Source: a virus. Taken from it: a DNA stretch of 64,000 nucleotides. The DNA lies in IMG/VR virus record IMGVR_UViG_3300020147_000065, positions 3,617 through 67,616 of that record, one strand, 5' to 3'. Made by a program: the position numbers and the translations under genes. The notes beneath the pieces were generated by a model, which worked only from the letters and a program-made list of their open reading frames with translations, did no database searches and was not told the DNA's origin. Below are positions 1-8,443 of the stretch, piece after piece; positions within the stretch are counted from its first letter, which is position 1, and every line of letters begins with the position of its first letter.

Positions 1-1
1 G

Positions 2-193
2 GTAAATCCGTGGAATGACCCCGAAGGCGAGGGTAAAATCTTTCAGTGGAAAAAGACGGCTTCTTTGCGTCGTGCTCACTTTTGGGCAAAGCTCAAATTC
101 GCAAAAGAGTTCGACCCTGAGACTCACGAACTCGTTTTTGAAGATAGAGCTTTACAGGCTCGTGTAAACAGACTATTAAGACAAGGCGATTAA
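2..193 (+). CDS. 3' end of hypothetical protein (partial, runs in from window edge)
   Basis: Open frame VNPWNDPEGEGK...RLLRQGD ending TAA at 191-193. Confidence 0.6.
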   Translation, partial: VNPWNDPEGEGKIFQWKKTASLRRAHFWAKLKFAKEFDPETHELVFEDRALQARVNRLLRQGD

Positions 194-195
194 TA

Positions 196-216
196 GTCTG
201 CCCCCCCCCTTGCGCA
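196..216 (+). repeat. Left copy of inverted repeat GTCTG-C9-T-TGCGCA
   Basis: Reverse complement of 4011-4033 is GTCTG-C9-TCG-TGCGCA: 15 bp perfect plus TGCGCA after a 2-nt indel. Confidence 0.85.
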
Positions 217-238
217 CCAACCTCGACTACGATATAAT
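210..238 (+). promoter_or_regulatory. sigma70-type promoter, probably giving a leaderless mRNA
   Basis: TTGCGC-N17-TATAAT; ATG at 246 lies 7 nt after the -10 box. Confidence 0.6.
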
Positions 239-245
239 TTATTCC

Positions 246-800
246 ATGAGCGAACAAAAGACCACTAACTTTAAGGCCGGTGAGGACGTAATTGTTTACA
301 GCGATTTCCTCAACCAAAGGCGACCACTGGGAAAAGCCATGCTCGACGAGCGTTTAGGCGATTACCCCACAAAGAACCAATGGGCACTCGCACAGTGGCG
401 AGTGCGATTCTATGACGAACGCGGCAACTTGGAAACAGACGACGATAAAAAGCCTGTCTTTTCTACCATGCCGATTCTTGAAGTTGGCAAGCCAAACGAG
501 AATCGCCCACAATCTGAGGACTATTCGCAATATGGAGCGAAGCCCGAAGCTGACGAAACTGGCGAAGTTGTTGAAAAGAAAAAGCCGGAGAAGAAAGCAG
601 CCCCATCAACCGGCAGTCGTGGACGTGGACGCCCCGAAGTCCCAATGAATGAAATCAAGGCCCGTAACATTGTGCGACAACTCAAAGATAAAAAGCGCGA
701 TGGGCGACTTGATGAAGCTGTGGACTACCTTTTAAATGAGTGTCCAAAGGCCGCAAAATTCGTAGAAAAATACCTTGAATACCTTGACGGCAGCTTCTAA
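246..800 (+). CDS. Hypothetical early protein with RGRGRP (AT-hook-like) motif
   Basis: ORF track 210..800, start reassigned to ATG 246; charged protein. Confidence 0.75.
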   Translation: MSEQKTTNFKAGEDVIVYSDFLNQRRPLGKAMLDERLGDYPTKNQWALAQWRVRFYDERGNLETDDDKKPVFSTMPILEVGKPNENRPQSEDYSQYGAKPEADETGEVVEKKKPEKKAAPSTGSRGRGRPEVPMNEIKARNIVRQLKDKKRDGRLDEAVDYLLNECPKAAKFVEKYLEYLDGSF

Positions 801-812
801 TCTTGGTATAAT
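784..812 (+). promoter_or_regulatory. sigma70-type promoter for rIIA
   Basis: TTGACG-N17-TATAAT, then RBS TTAGGAGAAAACA-ATG. Confidence 0.8.
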
Positions 813-848
813 TTAATTGTCACATTGAAAGGAATTTAGGAGAAAACA

Positions 849-3020
849 ATGAGTATTCCCATCGCTGAAAAAGAGATTGTTGTGCTGTCCAACATGGACT
901 TTGAGAGTGCCGAAATGGGCATTGCAGAAGAAGATGTGCCGACTATCATCGCTATTCTGCGCGACAAACTTTATCGCAACAAAGAACGTGCAATCGTGCG
1001 CGAATATAGCACCAATGCGCGGGACGCAATGATTGAGTGCGATAATGGTAGTAATCCGTTTGAGGTTTGGCTACCCACGCGGTTAGACCCTGTTTTCAAA
1101 GTGCGCGACTATGGCACAGGTTTATCGGAAACTGCAATTAACCAAATCTTTCGTTTCTTGGGTAAGTCCACGAAGCGCGACAGCAATTTGGTAAACGGTC
1201 AGCTTGGCATCGGTGCGAAGTCCGGTCTTGCTCTTGCGAACCAGTTTAACGTAACGTCCTATGTGGATGGACAAGTGACCTTTTACGTTGTTTTGAATGA
1301 CCCATCGCGCAAAGGTCGCATTGATAAAATTGCAGGGCCATTACCTACTGATGAACCTAACGGCGTTTTAATCGAAGTGCCTATCCCTGCTGCCAGCATC
1401 GAAAAAATGCACCAAGAGGCTTCGTTTGTTTACAAGTATTTCGATTTGAAACCAACGATTCACGGTTTAGACGAAAGCAAATATCCTTTAACCCGTCCTA
1501 AACCAGTGTTGGAAGGTAAGACTTGGCGAATTGTGGGCGGCGAATCGGTTGCCATTATGGGCAACGTGGCCTATCCTATCGGTTCTGACTTCATCGTGCC
1601 GGAAGTTCACGGTGAAGAAGGCGAAAAGTGGAAGCAGTTTTTGAGTGCCGGTGTTGAGATTGACTTTCCTATCGGCTCAATCGAATTTGCCCCATCCCGC
1701 GAAGAACTGAGCTACAACGAACATACTATCAATGTTTTAATTGATACAATCAAGTCGGCTATCAAGGAAGCTGCCGACCTGATTACTGACAAACTGAAAA
1801 ACGCGCCTAACCGTTGGGAAGCCATGTGTTTAGTTTCAGCGTTGCAAGGTGAGTTAGGTGAGTTTGGCCGTAATCTCAAATCTGTTATTGGTAAAATCCA
1901 GTGGCAAGGAAAAGAGGTAGGCAATACAATTCACGTTGGCTATAATCACAATGCCGCAACTTCGGGTTGGATGGTGCGCGAGTATCAGAACAACACCTAT
2001 ACAAACCGTTTCTCTCACACCGGCAATCCTTCAAGCCTTTATGCTTCGCATAAAACACTCTTGATTGAGATTGACGATAAGAACGGCAAAGCGCAACCGG
2101 CGAAGATGAAGTATTACTGTGAGCAGAACGGCTATGAGCGTGTATATTTGCTCTCTTTCACTTCGGCAACTGCGCGGCAACTGTTTTATAAGTCGCACTT
2201 AGAAGATATTCCTGTAATGATGCAAACGGCTTTGCCGAAAGCGCCGCCATCAAGCAGTGGTTCGGGTGGAAGCGGCCCCGTAAACCCAAAGCATAGCTTA
2301 CAGGTATTCACTTTCAACTATTCGACAAGTAGCACCGCAAGCGAATCATGGGAGCAGGAAACCGTTGATGCTGTGAACGGTAAAGGCTACTACGTTGTTA
2401 TTGACCGTTTCAACGTGCAAAAGGAACACGGCACCGAACTTTACCCTAAAGACTACCTTGATACTTTGGAGTTCGCACACAAGTTGCTCGGCTTCAACTG
2501 GAAAAAGGAAACCATTATTGGTGTCAAGCGCAGTTTCTTTGACAATAAGAAACTGGGTAAGAACTGGAAACCGTTGTTTGAATATCTGCGCGATGCTGCT
2601 AAAAAGGTGCTGGAAAAGCAAAAGCAGTTTCAGGTGGCTATTGACTACTCAGAATATATGACGCATAGGGCACAGACGTTTGAGTGCTTTCAAAAAGAGT
2701 TAGTCAATCTACAATATCCTGATGAAGCGATGGGCACTTATTTGGCCGCAGCACAAGAGGCGTATTTCCGCCACGATAAAGTGACGAAGGGCAAGTTAAA
2801 CGAGGCCAAAACCCTGTTTGATAAAATCGGCTACCCGCTTCACTACACTTACACGCCGACTTATTTGTTTTCTGACGGTGCCGAAAAGATTACAGAAAGT
2901 TACCCGCTTATGGGCGTAGTCGGAACGGGTTATTACTCGCATGGCTACGCTCAAAACGTGGAGAAGTTTATCCACTATATCAACTTGTGCGATGCCGAAA
3001 CGGTGTCCAAACGTCTGTAA
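849..3020 (+). CDS. rIIA: rIIA-like protein (N-terminal GHKL/Hsp90-type ATPase)
   Basis: LRDKLYRNKERAIVREYSTNARDA, VRDYGTGLS, STKRDSN..GQLGIGAKS motifs; directly followed by rIIB-like gene. Confidence 0.9.
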   Translation: MSIPIAEKEIVVLSNMDFESAEMGIAEEDVPTIIAILRDKLYRNKERAIVREYSTNARDAMIECDNGSNPFEVWLPTRLDPVFKVRDYGTGLSETAINQIFRFLGKSTKRDSNLVNGQLGIGAKSGLALANQFNVTSYVDGQVTFYVVLNDPSRKGRIDKIAGPLPTDEPNGVLIEVPIPAASIEKMHQEASFVYKYFDLKPTIHGLDESKYPLTRPKPVLEGKTWRIVGGESVAIMGNVAYPIGSDFIVPEVHGEEGEKWKQFLSAGVEIDFPIGSIEFAPSREELSYNEHTINVLIDTIKSAIKEAADLITDKLKNAPNRWEAMCLVSALQGELGEFGRNLKSVIGKIQWQGKEVGNTIHVGYNHNAATSGWMVREYQNNTYTNRFSHTGNPSSLYASHKTLLIEIDDKNGKAQPAKMKYYCEQNGYERVYLLSFTSATARQLFYKSHLEDIPVMMQTALPKAPPSSSGSGGSGPVNPKHSLQVFTFNYSTSSTASESWEQETVDAVNGKGYYVVIDRFNVQKEHGTELYPKDYLDTLEFAHKLLGFNWKKETIIGVKRSFFDNKKLGKNWKPLFEYLRDAAKKVLEKQKQFQVAIDYSEYMTHRAQTFECFQKELVNLQYPDEAMGTYLAAAQEAYFRHDKVTKGKLNEAKTLFDKIGYPLHYTYTPTYLFSDGAEKITESYPLMGVVGTGYYSHGYAQNVEKFIHYINLCDAETVSKRL

Positions 3021-3028
3021 TTAGTAGA

Positions 3029-3066
3029 GGGCTACCCTTGACAGGGTAGCCCGAAACTGGTATAAT
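3029..3066 (+). promoter_or_regulatory. sigma70 promoter with its -35 box in the loop of a perfect 10-bp inverted repeat
   Basis: GGGCTACCCT-TGAC-AGGGTAGCCC; TTGACA(3038)-N17-TATAAT(3061). Confidence 0.85.
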
Positions 3067-3084
3067 TTCAGTTAGGAGAAAACA

Positions 3085-3963
3085 ATGGAACAATTACCTT
3101 GCATCTATTCACCGGATAAATCCGCAACCGTGTTTTTGGGCAGCAAAGCTGTAACGGTTGTGGCCGGACAACCGCACTTCCGCGAAGTGCAGGACGCGAT
3201 TATCGCGCAGGACTGGGAAGCTGTAGCCCGTTTGGTGGACGTTATCACTTCGATTAAAGCCTATTTAGTTAAAGACGGCGATTTCGAGATTTCCCGCGAA
3301 GAAATAAAATACCGCAACGAACCTGTTAAGGGTGTTATCGCTGACCGTATTTTGAGCTTCATGGAAAAGGGTTATCCTTCGGCTCCGCTTATCGAATTTC
3401 TGCGTAATTTAATGAGCAATCCGTCTTTCAACTCGCGTAATCAGCTTTACACGTTCTTAGAGCGTTGGAATCTGCCTATTACACCAAACGGCAACTTCTT
3501 GGCTTACAAAGCCGTTCGCAATGACTACATGAGCATTGCTTCTGACCGCAATACCGGCGAACACGTTGATAACTCGATTGGTCGCGTCGTAGTTATGGAC
3601 AGGGCAAAGATTGACGATAACCCGAAAAATCACTGCTCTGCCGGTTTACACGCCGGAGCCTTACAATACGTCCGTTGGTATGGTGGCATTTCTCACGGTG
3701 GAGCGATTGAAGGCGGAAACCGCGCAATCATCGTAGAGATTAACCCTGCTGACGTGGTTAGCGTTCCTAACGACCATGACTGCCAAAAGATGCGCGTCTG
3801 CAAGTATAAGGTGATTGGTGACTACATTGGCGAATTGCCTACCGATTACACCGACGCTGCCGTTTATGACGGTTATGAGGACGGTGACGAGGGCGACAGC
3901 TACGACGAGGACGATTATTGTCCTGATTGTGGCGAACCTTACGAAATCTGCAACTGTGACTAA
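3085..3963 (+). CDS. rIIB: rIIB-like protein
   Basis: FLRNLMSNPS..QLYTFLE..LPITPNGNFLAYKAV, CSAGLHAG, INPADVVSVPND..KMRVCKY. Confidence 0.9.
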   Translation: MEQLPCIYSPDKSATVFLGSKAVTVVAGQPHFREVQDAIIAQDWEAVARLVDVITSIKAYLVKDGDFEISREEIKYRNEPVKGVIADRILSFMEKGYPSAPLIEFLRNLMSNPSFNSRNQLYTFLERWNLPITPNGNFLAYKAVRNDYMSIASDRNTGEHVDNSIGRVVVMDRAKIDDNPKNHCSAGLHAGALQYVRWYGGISHGGAIEGGNRAIIVEINPADVVSVPNDHDCQKMRVCKYKVIGDYIGELPTDYTDAAVYDGYEDGDEGDSYDEDDYCPDCGEPYEICNCD

Positions 3964-3984
3964 ATTCCTGTGTGACAAGAAACT

Positions 3985-4009
3985 GGGGAGCCTTCGGGCT
4001 TCCCTTTTT
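3985..4009 (+). terminator. Rho-independent terminator
   Basis: GGGGAGCC-TTCG-GGCTTCCC followed by TTTTT. Confidence 0.85.
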
Positions 4010-4010
4010 C

Positions 4011-4033
4011 TGCGCACGAGGGGGGGGGCAGAC
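4011..4033 (-). repeat. Right copy of inverted repeat (TGCGCA-CGA-G9-CAGAC)
   Basis: Inverted match to 196-216. Confidence 0.85.
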
Positions 4034-4162
4034 AGGAAAATGCAAACACACCACAATACTCTAAATAAACTACCCCACATTACTTTTTCAACTATTTAGC
4101 CCCAAAACATTGGAAGATGACGTTGCCGGGTAAACCGGACAAAAATAAAAAAGAGAAATACG

Positions 4163-4630
4163 ATGGCGAGACAACTATATCTGGTCTGTGACCAATGCAA
4201 ACGAAAGAGCCTGGAATTTCAAGCGATCAACTGGATCGAGACGCGTTTAGCGGGGATTAATGCTATTACCACTGATATGGCACCCGTGGATGGTTTGTTC
4301 TGTAGTAGTGATTGTGTTGTGCGTTATTTTATCGCCAACCACGGGGCTAAGGCTACGAACCCATTCGATGACGAAGACGGTATCACAGAAGTTGAAAAGG
4401 AAAAGGCCGCTACGCGTGAGGCTGCGCGGCCTAACCCTGTATTCGGCCCATTATTAAAGGTTGAGCATGGGGTAGCTTCTACTTCTGATGTTCCTCCCGA
4501 ACTACAGAAGCGTTACAATGCTGACGGTACCCCAGCCGAAACAGGAGCAGGTTATGCTTTCCCATCCGGTGGTAAGCCAACGGGCGCTAACCTCGATAAA
4601 CAACTCAATCCAAAGGACTGGTTAGAATGA
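4163..4630 (+). CDS. Small Zn-finger protein (CxxC...W...FCSxxC)
   Basis: CDQC and FCSSDC motifs. Confidence 0.7.
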   Translation: MARQLYLVCDQCKRKSLEFQAINWIETRLAGINAITTDMAPVDGLFCSSDCVVRYFIANHGAKATNPFDDEDGITEVEKEKAATREAARPNPVFGPLLKVEHGVASTSDVPPELQKRYNADGTPAETGAGYAFPSGGKPTGANLDKQLNPKDWLE

Positions 4631-4833
4631 GTGAGCTAAGCGAATCCGCGCAATATAAATTGGGCCGGCATCATGCTTTAATTAAATCGGCCCCACGTTC
4701 TGCTAACAAAAGTTACATGGAGGGCTACAATAGTGTCCCTGTTTACGTAGCCCCACCATTCAAACCCAAACCAATTGAACCAGACAAAGACGGGGAGTAC
4801 CCCGGACTATTTAGCCACTGGCTGGAGGATTAA
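4627..4833 (+). CDS. Hypothetical protein, paralog of 5285..5470
   Basis: GRHHAL...SYMEGY vs GRYDAL...EYLKGF; ATGA overlap with upstream gene. Confidence 0.65.
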   Translation: MSELSESAQYKLGRHHALIKSAPRSANKSYMEGYNSVPVYVAPPFKPKPIEPDKDGEYPGLFSHWLED

Positions 4834-5270
4834 TGAACGAAGATACATATCCATTGAGAGCTAAGATTATTGATACGTTTCATGGAGCTAATGGAACAAT
4901 CCACGGGAATGGACAACATCAGGTAACCCGTGACGACATGTATGCCCGGTTAAAAGAGCGGGGCTTTACTATTTACACGGTCCGCGGTTTCATGCCGCGG
5001 ACCTACGAGGTAGGCGGAACAACGGATGAAGTAACTGCGAATGTTGCCATCAAGGGAAACCTTGAGAAACAATATTTTACAGTAAACGAAGCCAGAGAAT
5101 TCCAGGCATTCGTGGCCAGTAACTATCCGCCCTACGTCTACTTCAACGATGATGGTCCCTGGACAAAATACCCATCGAGTGATACAAAGGGAGTCAACCC
5201 CTGGCACAAACAGTATGTACCGGTCACTTATATGGAAGAAGGCGTGGCCGGGGAAACCGGTCAGAAATAA
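4833..5270 (+). CDS. Hypothetical protein, paralog of 5457..5885
   Basis: MYARLKERGF..V.GF...VYF...KYPSSD vs MEERLKKEGF..VEGF...VYF...KYPSED. Confidence 0.7.
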   Translation: MNEDTYPLRAKIIDTFHGANGTIHGNGQHQVTRDDMYARLKERGFTIYTVRGFMPRTYEVGGTTDEVTANVAIKGNLEKQYFTVNEAREFQAFVASNYPPYVYFNDDGPWTKYPSSDTKGVNPWHKQYVPVTYMEEGVAGETGQK

Positions 5271-5284
5271 AAAGGAAAGATACA

Positions 5285-5470
5285 ATGGGTGAAAGTAAAG
5301 ACAGAGAGAACAAAGCAATTGATTCAGGTCGTTATGATGCTTTACAGGGTTTTATGACACCACGCAACACTGATCCCGAATACCTCAAGGGATTTCGAGA
5401 GATTCGTGATGGAGCTACAACAGCCGGAGAAGCTTTAAAGAAAGAGAGACAATCTAATGGGACAATTTGA
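5285..5470 (+). CDS. Hypothetical protein, paralog of 4627..4833
   Basis: ORF with AAGGA RBS. Confidence 0.65.
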   Translation: MGESKDRENKAIDSGRYDALQGFMTPRNTDPEYLKGFREIRDGATTAGEALKKERQSNGTI

Positions 5471-5885
5471 TGATTCGATTTTAATAAATCCAGGGATCAA
5501 CCCTTACGCTGAATATAATGGCCATCGTGTGAGATTTTCTACGATGGAAGAACGTCTCAAGAAAGAAGGCTTCTTTGTGGAAGAGGTCGAGGGGTTCACC
5601 GACGAGAACATGCAACCGCTGCCAGGTGATTCCGGTATGTGGAAGACCAAACGTAAGGTGGCTGTTGATCCGATGGCCACAGTCTATTGTGGACCCTTCA
5701 CTGAGAATACCATCGGAGCTTACGAATTCCATACGCGCAGATGGTACTGGATCGAGGTCTACTTCAGTCGTGTTGCCGACAAGTATCCCAGCGAGGATGT
5801 TGGTAACCAATCGTGGGAAGAGCCTCATGATCTAACCCTCACAGGGAAAGAAGTCCTCGTGGAAGAAACTCCCCAGGACGCGTAA
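5457..5885 (+). CDS. Hypothetical protein, paralog of 4833..5270
   Basis: ORF track; similarity to 4833..5270. Confidence 0.7.
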   Translation: MGQFDDSILINPGINPYAEYNGHRVRFSTMEERLKKEGFFVEEVEGFTDENMQPLPGDSGMWKTKRKVAVDPMATVYCGPFTENTIGAYEFHTRRWYWIEVYFSRVADKYPSEDVGNQSWEEPHDLTLTGKEVLVEETPQDA

Positions 5886-5948
5886 TTTATTGGCGAATAC
5901 GTAGTATTCCCTTGGAAGAGGGGTTGGCGGCACCATCAGGATAGGAAT

Positions 5949-6122
5949 ATGAACGAAATTGACTTTTTTATGTTCGTTGACAATCTCGATGATGTCTCTG
6001 ACTTCCTCTTTTCGAAGAAATTATGGAAGAGGGCGCGGCGGCGTAAGCAGGATAGGAATAGGGATAAGTTATACATACATAGGGATAACTCGCCATCCGC
6101 GGGTGATAAAATCCAAAATTAA
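5949..6122 (+). CDS. Small hypothetical protein (57 aa, MNEIDFFMFVDNLDD...)
   Basis: Manually translated; AGGA upstream; below the ORF-track cut-off. Confidence 0.45.
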   Translation: MNEIDFFMFVDNLDDVSDFLFSKKLWKRARRRKQDRNRDKLYIHRDNSPSAGDKIQN

Positions 6123-6239
6123 TGTCGGAAATATCCTATTATGTCGGAAATAGGCGAAACCCAGTTTTCGAACCTCTCCCTATTAATAAGGAATTACTTC
6201 TCACCGGCAGCAGTAGGTCAACAGACCGAATGCTGCCTC

Positions 6240-6268
6240 TTGACAGATACATCTACATGCAGTATAAT
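6240..6268 (+). promoter_or_regulatory. sigma70 consensus promoter
   Basis: TTGACA-N17-TATAAT. Confidence 0.85.
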
Positions 6269-6298
6269 TATCCATGACGATGATTTAAGGATAGAATT

Positions 6299-6484
6299 AT
6301 GTTCGCTGTAGACTTACATCTGGACGAGGAGGGTTTCCCTTATGTCGGTACTTTTGATCTTGACCCCGATCTCATTTACTGGCACGAGGTTCTCCCGAAC
6401 GATTTCATGCGCGTTCGGCTTTCAGGAGCCGAACGTACCCTCGTGTTAAAGCATGATTCTTTATGGAAGAGATATTTTAAATGA
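6299..6484 (+). CDS. Small hypothetical protein
   Basis: ORF with AAGGA RBS downstream of consensus promoter. Confidence 0.65.
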   Translation: MFAVDLHLDEEGFPYVGTFDLDPDLIYWHEVLPNDFMRVRLSGAERTLVLKHDSLWKRYFK

Positions 6485-6502
6485 AAGGGAGGGTGATTAC
6501 CC

Positions 6503-6655
6503 GTGGATAGCAGAGTAAGACGAGCCTACGTATTGTACCATGACGGACAATTCAGGATGAACTGCATGTTGAACCTCGGATTAGGTAAGCACAAGCAGTT
6601 GACTCCTCAACTCTTGTGGAAGAAGGCATGGCATGTCGCAAGATTATCTGGTTAA
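6503..6655 (+). CDS. Small hypothetical protein (50 aa, GTG start)
   Basis: GGGAGG RBS; MDSRVRRAYVLYHDG...; followed by hairpin. Confidence 0.55.
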   Translation: MDSRVRRAYVLYHDGQFRMNCMLNLGLGKHKQLTPQLLWKKAWHVARLSG

Positions 6656-6663
6656 TGGAACGT

Positions 6664-6698
6664 AACCACCGGTTATCTCGTATGAGTAGCCGGTGGTT
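6664..6698 (+). terminator. Stem-loop, probable terminator
   Basis: AACCACCGG...CCGGTGGTT inverted repeat. Confidence 0.55.
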
Positions 6699-7175
6699 TC
6701 ACTTTACGGCAAAATCAGGGGGTAATAGCCCTGTGCGCGACAGCAAGGGTCCACTATGGTTACCTTTATGGTATTAGAGGTACCGGGCAGAGCTTTGGAG
6801 AGACAAAGTTACAAATTCGAAATGATCCTGTGAACTCCCTGGAATCCAGCGGAGTTGTTTTTGTCTGATTTTTTGGGTACTTGGGAAAGAGTTGTGTGTT
6901 CTGTTATAGAATATGTAGGTTATGATATGATTTACCCCGTGGATAGCCCAAAAATTGATGATTCCAGAGCAAAAATCGAATGAATTGACTATAATACCAT
7001 GAATAGAAAGAGAAAAAGTAGGGTCAAATCATTGGAAGAAGGCGTTAGCTGGTAAATTTTGTCAAAAATAGGAAGTTAGAATACGAATTTTTTAATAGTG
7101 TGTAGTGAGTTGAGTGGAAAATTGTAAAAATGGGGTGTCTCTCTCGCTTCTATGCCTATTAAATCCCATATTCTC

Positions 7176-7213
7176 ACCTTTGAAACCCAAAATCTAACCT
7201 TTGAAACCCAAAA
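7176..7213 (+). repeat. Two 17-bp direct repeats ACCTTTGAAACCCAAAA
   Basis: Copies at 7176-7192 and 7197-7213 (21-bp period). Confidence 0.9.
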
Positions 7214-7222
7214 CAAACCAAA

Positions 7223-7354
7223 ATGTCATTCTTCAAAAAGCCCAAAACCGAAGGTATTTTCATCGCAATCTGCCTATTATCCCTACTTTTACCCGGATTA
7301 CTCTTTCTTCTTTACTTATTTTACTCTATTCTACTTGGAAAACGTACTCTATAA
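7223..7354 (+). CDS. Membrane micropeptide 1 (43 aa)
   Basis: MSFFKKPKTEGIFIAICLLSLLLPGLLFLLYLFYSILLGKRTL. Confidence 0.55.
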   Translation: MSFFKKPKTEGIFIAICLLSLLLPGLLFLLYLFYSILLGKRTL

Positions 7355-7361
7355 TAAAACA

Positions 7362-7445
7362 ATGGCAACTATGGTAATAGTTGCTGGAATGATCTATGGG
7401 GTCCTCCACACTTTCGTGGAACCACCCGTCCCGAAGAGAGTGTAA
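7362..7445 (+). CDS. Membrane micropeptide 2 (27 aa)
   Basis: MATMVIVAGMIYGVLHTFVEPPVPKRV. Confidence 0.5.
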   Translation: MATMVIVAGMIYGVLHTFVEPPVPKRV

Positions 7446-7451
7446 CCACCT

Positions 7452-7523
7452 ATGTTTCTTAATATAGTACTATTGGTAGTATTCTTTGTTCTCTTTAAAA
7501 TTAGCAAACCACGGGGGAGGTAA
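7452..7523 (+). CDS. Membrane micropeptide 3 (23 aa)
   Basis: MFLNIVLLVVFFVLFKISKPRGR. Confidence 0.55.
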   Translation: MFLNIVLLVVFFVLFKISKPRGR

Positions 7524-7526
7524 TTC

Positions 7527-7622
7527 ATGAGGTTAGCCAAGGCCTTCATCACGCGTTGGCCTTTCATGTTCATGTGTCTCGTTGCTTTAGCATCCTACTT
7601 ACTGAGTAAATTATTTCAATGA
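7527..7622 (+). CDS. Membrane micropeptide 4 (31 aa)
   Basis: MRLAKAFITRWPFMFMCLVALASYLLSKLFQ; GGAGGT RBS. Confidence 0.65.
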   Translation: MRLAKAFITRWPFMFMCLVALASYLLSKLFQ

Positions 7623-7732
7623 TAAAACCACTACCACCAGGAATATTACTCCTCAGATGGTTAATCTTAGTATTCTTCTTCCTAACCTTATTAGTACTGA
7701 TAGAGGAAGATGTTCTTAAATTATTCAGCTAA
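7619..7732 (+). CDS. Membrane micropeptide 5 (37 aa)
   Basis: MIKPLPPGILLLRWLILVFFFLTLLVLIEEDVLKLFS; ATGA coupling. Confidence 0.65.
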   Translation: MIKPLPPGILLLRWLILVFFFLTLLVLIEEDVLKLFS

Positions 7733-7744
7733 CCACGGGTAAAA

Positions 7745-7825
7745 ATGAAATTCATCATTGGAATCATCATATTAGCTTTTATTAACTTTTACTTTGGTGA
7801 TGATAAACGGCCAGACCTGAAGTAA
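7745..7825 (+). CDS. Membrane micropeptide 6 (26 aa)
   Basis: MKFIIGIIILAFINFYFGDDKRPDLK. Confidence 0.55.
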   Translation: MKFIIGIIILAFINFYFGDDKRPDLK

Positions 7826-7900
7826 TTTCTTTTAGCTGCACGACGGTCTTTTGGGACCGTCTCCAGCTTTCCTTTGTCTGTAAGGTTGGTGGTGATTCCT

Positions 7901-8092
7901 ATGATCTTCGGATATGTGGTCTGCGACAACTGCCATAAGAAGGAGCACATTAGCAACACTAACGGATGGTTAATTCTAAAGCCTGAGCTAAATGACCGAC
8001 TTGAGCAGATTACGCCGCAAAAAGACTTTTGTGGTTACTCCTGCCTTGGGGCCTATGCCCGTAAAAAGACGGAGGAAGTACGTCAAGATTGA
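7901..8092 (+). CDS. Small Zn-finger protein (CDNC...W...FCGYSC)
   Basis: Same Cys pattern as 4163 and 12818. Confidence 0.65.
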   Translation: MIFGYVVCDNCHKKEHISNTNGWLILKPELNDRLEQITPQKDFCGYSCLGAYARKKTEEVRQD

Positions 8093-8095
8093 CAT

Positions 8096-8443
8096 ATGTA
8101 TCAAATTAATTCCCAATCGAACGAAGGACTATGTACACTCGAATTTAGATTCCGTGTGCTTCCGGCCAAACCAAAGAATCCTATGGGTTCTAATTGTTTA
8201 CTCGGTATTGAATGCCATGTACTCGATGTTAGCGACAGTCAATACACAGGTTACCCCGTGGGTGGGTTATCCCTCATTGGTGGCCAGGGTTGGGCTGACG
8301 ATTACGACAAGGCGAGACAAGATGCCCTCGCCCAGGCTCTCGAACTCATTGATCCGAAGTACCGTAGCAAACAAATCCATGCTGACGCGTGGACAACCTA
8401 CGTCAAAGAATACGGTTTATCTTCAGGAACAAGAAAGGTATGA
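8096..8443 (+). CDS. Hypothetical protein
   Basis: ORF track; GGAGG upstream. Confidence 0.65.
   Translation: MYQINSQSNEGLCTLEFRFRVLPAKPKNPMGSNCLLGIECHVLDVSDSQYTGYPVGGLSLIGGQGWADDYDKARQDALAQALELIDPKYRSKQIHADAWTTYVKEYGLSSGTRKV

Noticed and set aside
5937..6152. Short repeats CAGGATAGGAATA, ATAGGGATAA and ATGTCGGAAATA (two copies each)
   Set aside because: Too few and irregular for an array; may be operators but unsupported.
7152..7445. 97-aa ORF from the ORF track
   Set aside because: Runs through the direct repeats without an RBS; better explained by micropeptides starting at 7223 and 7362.
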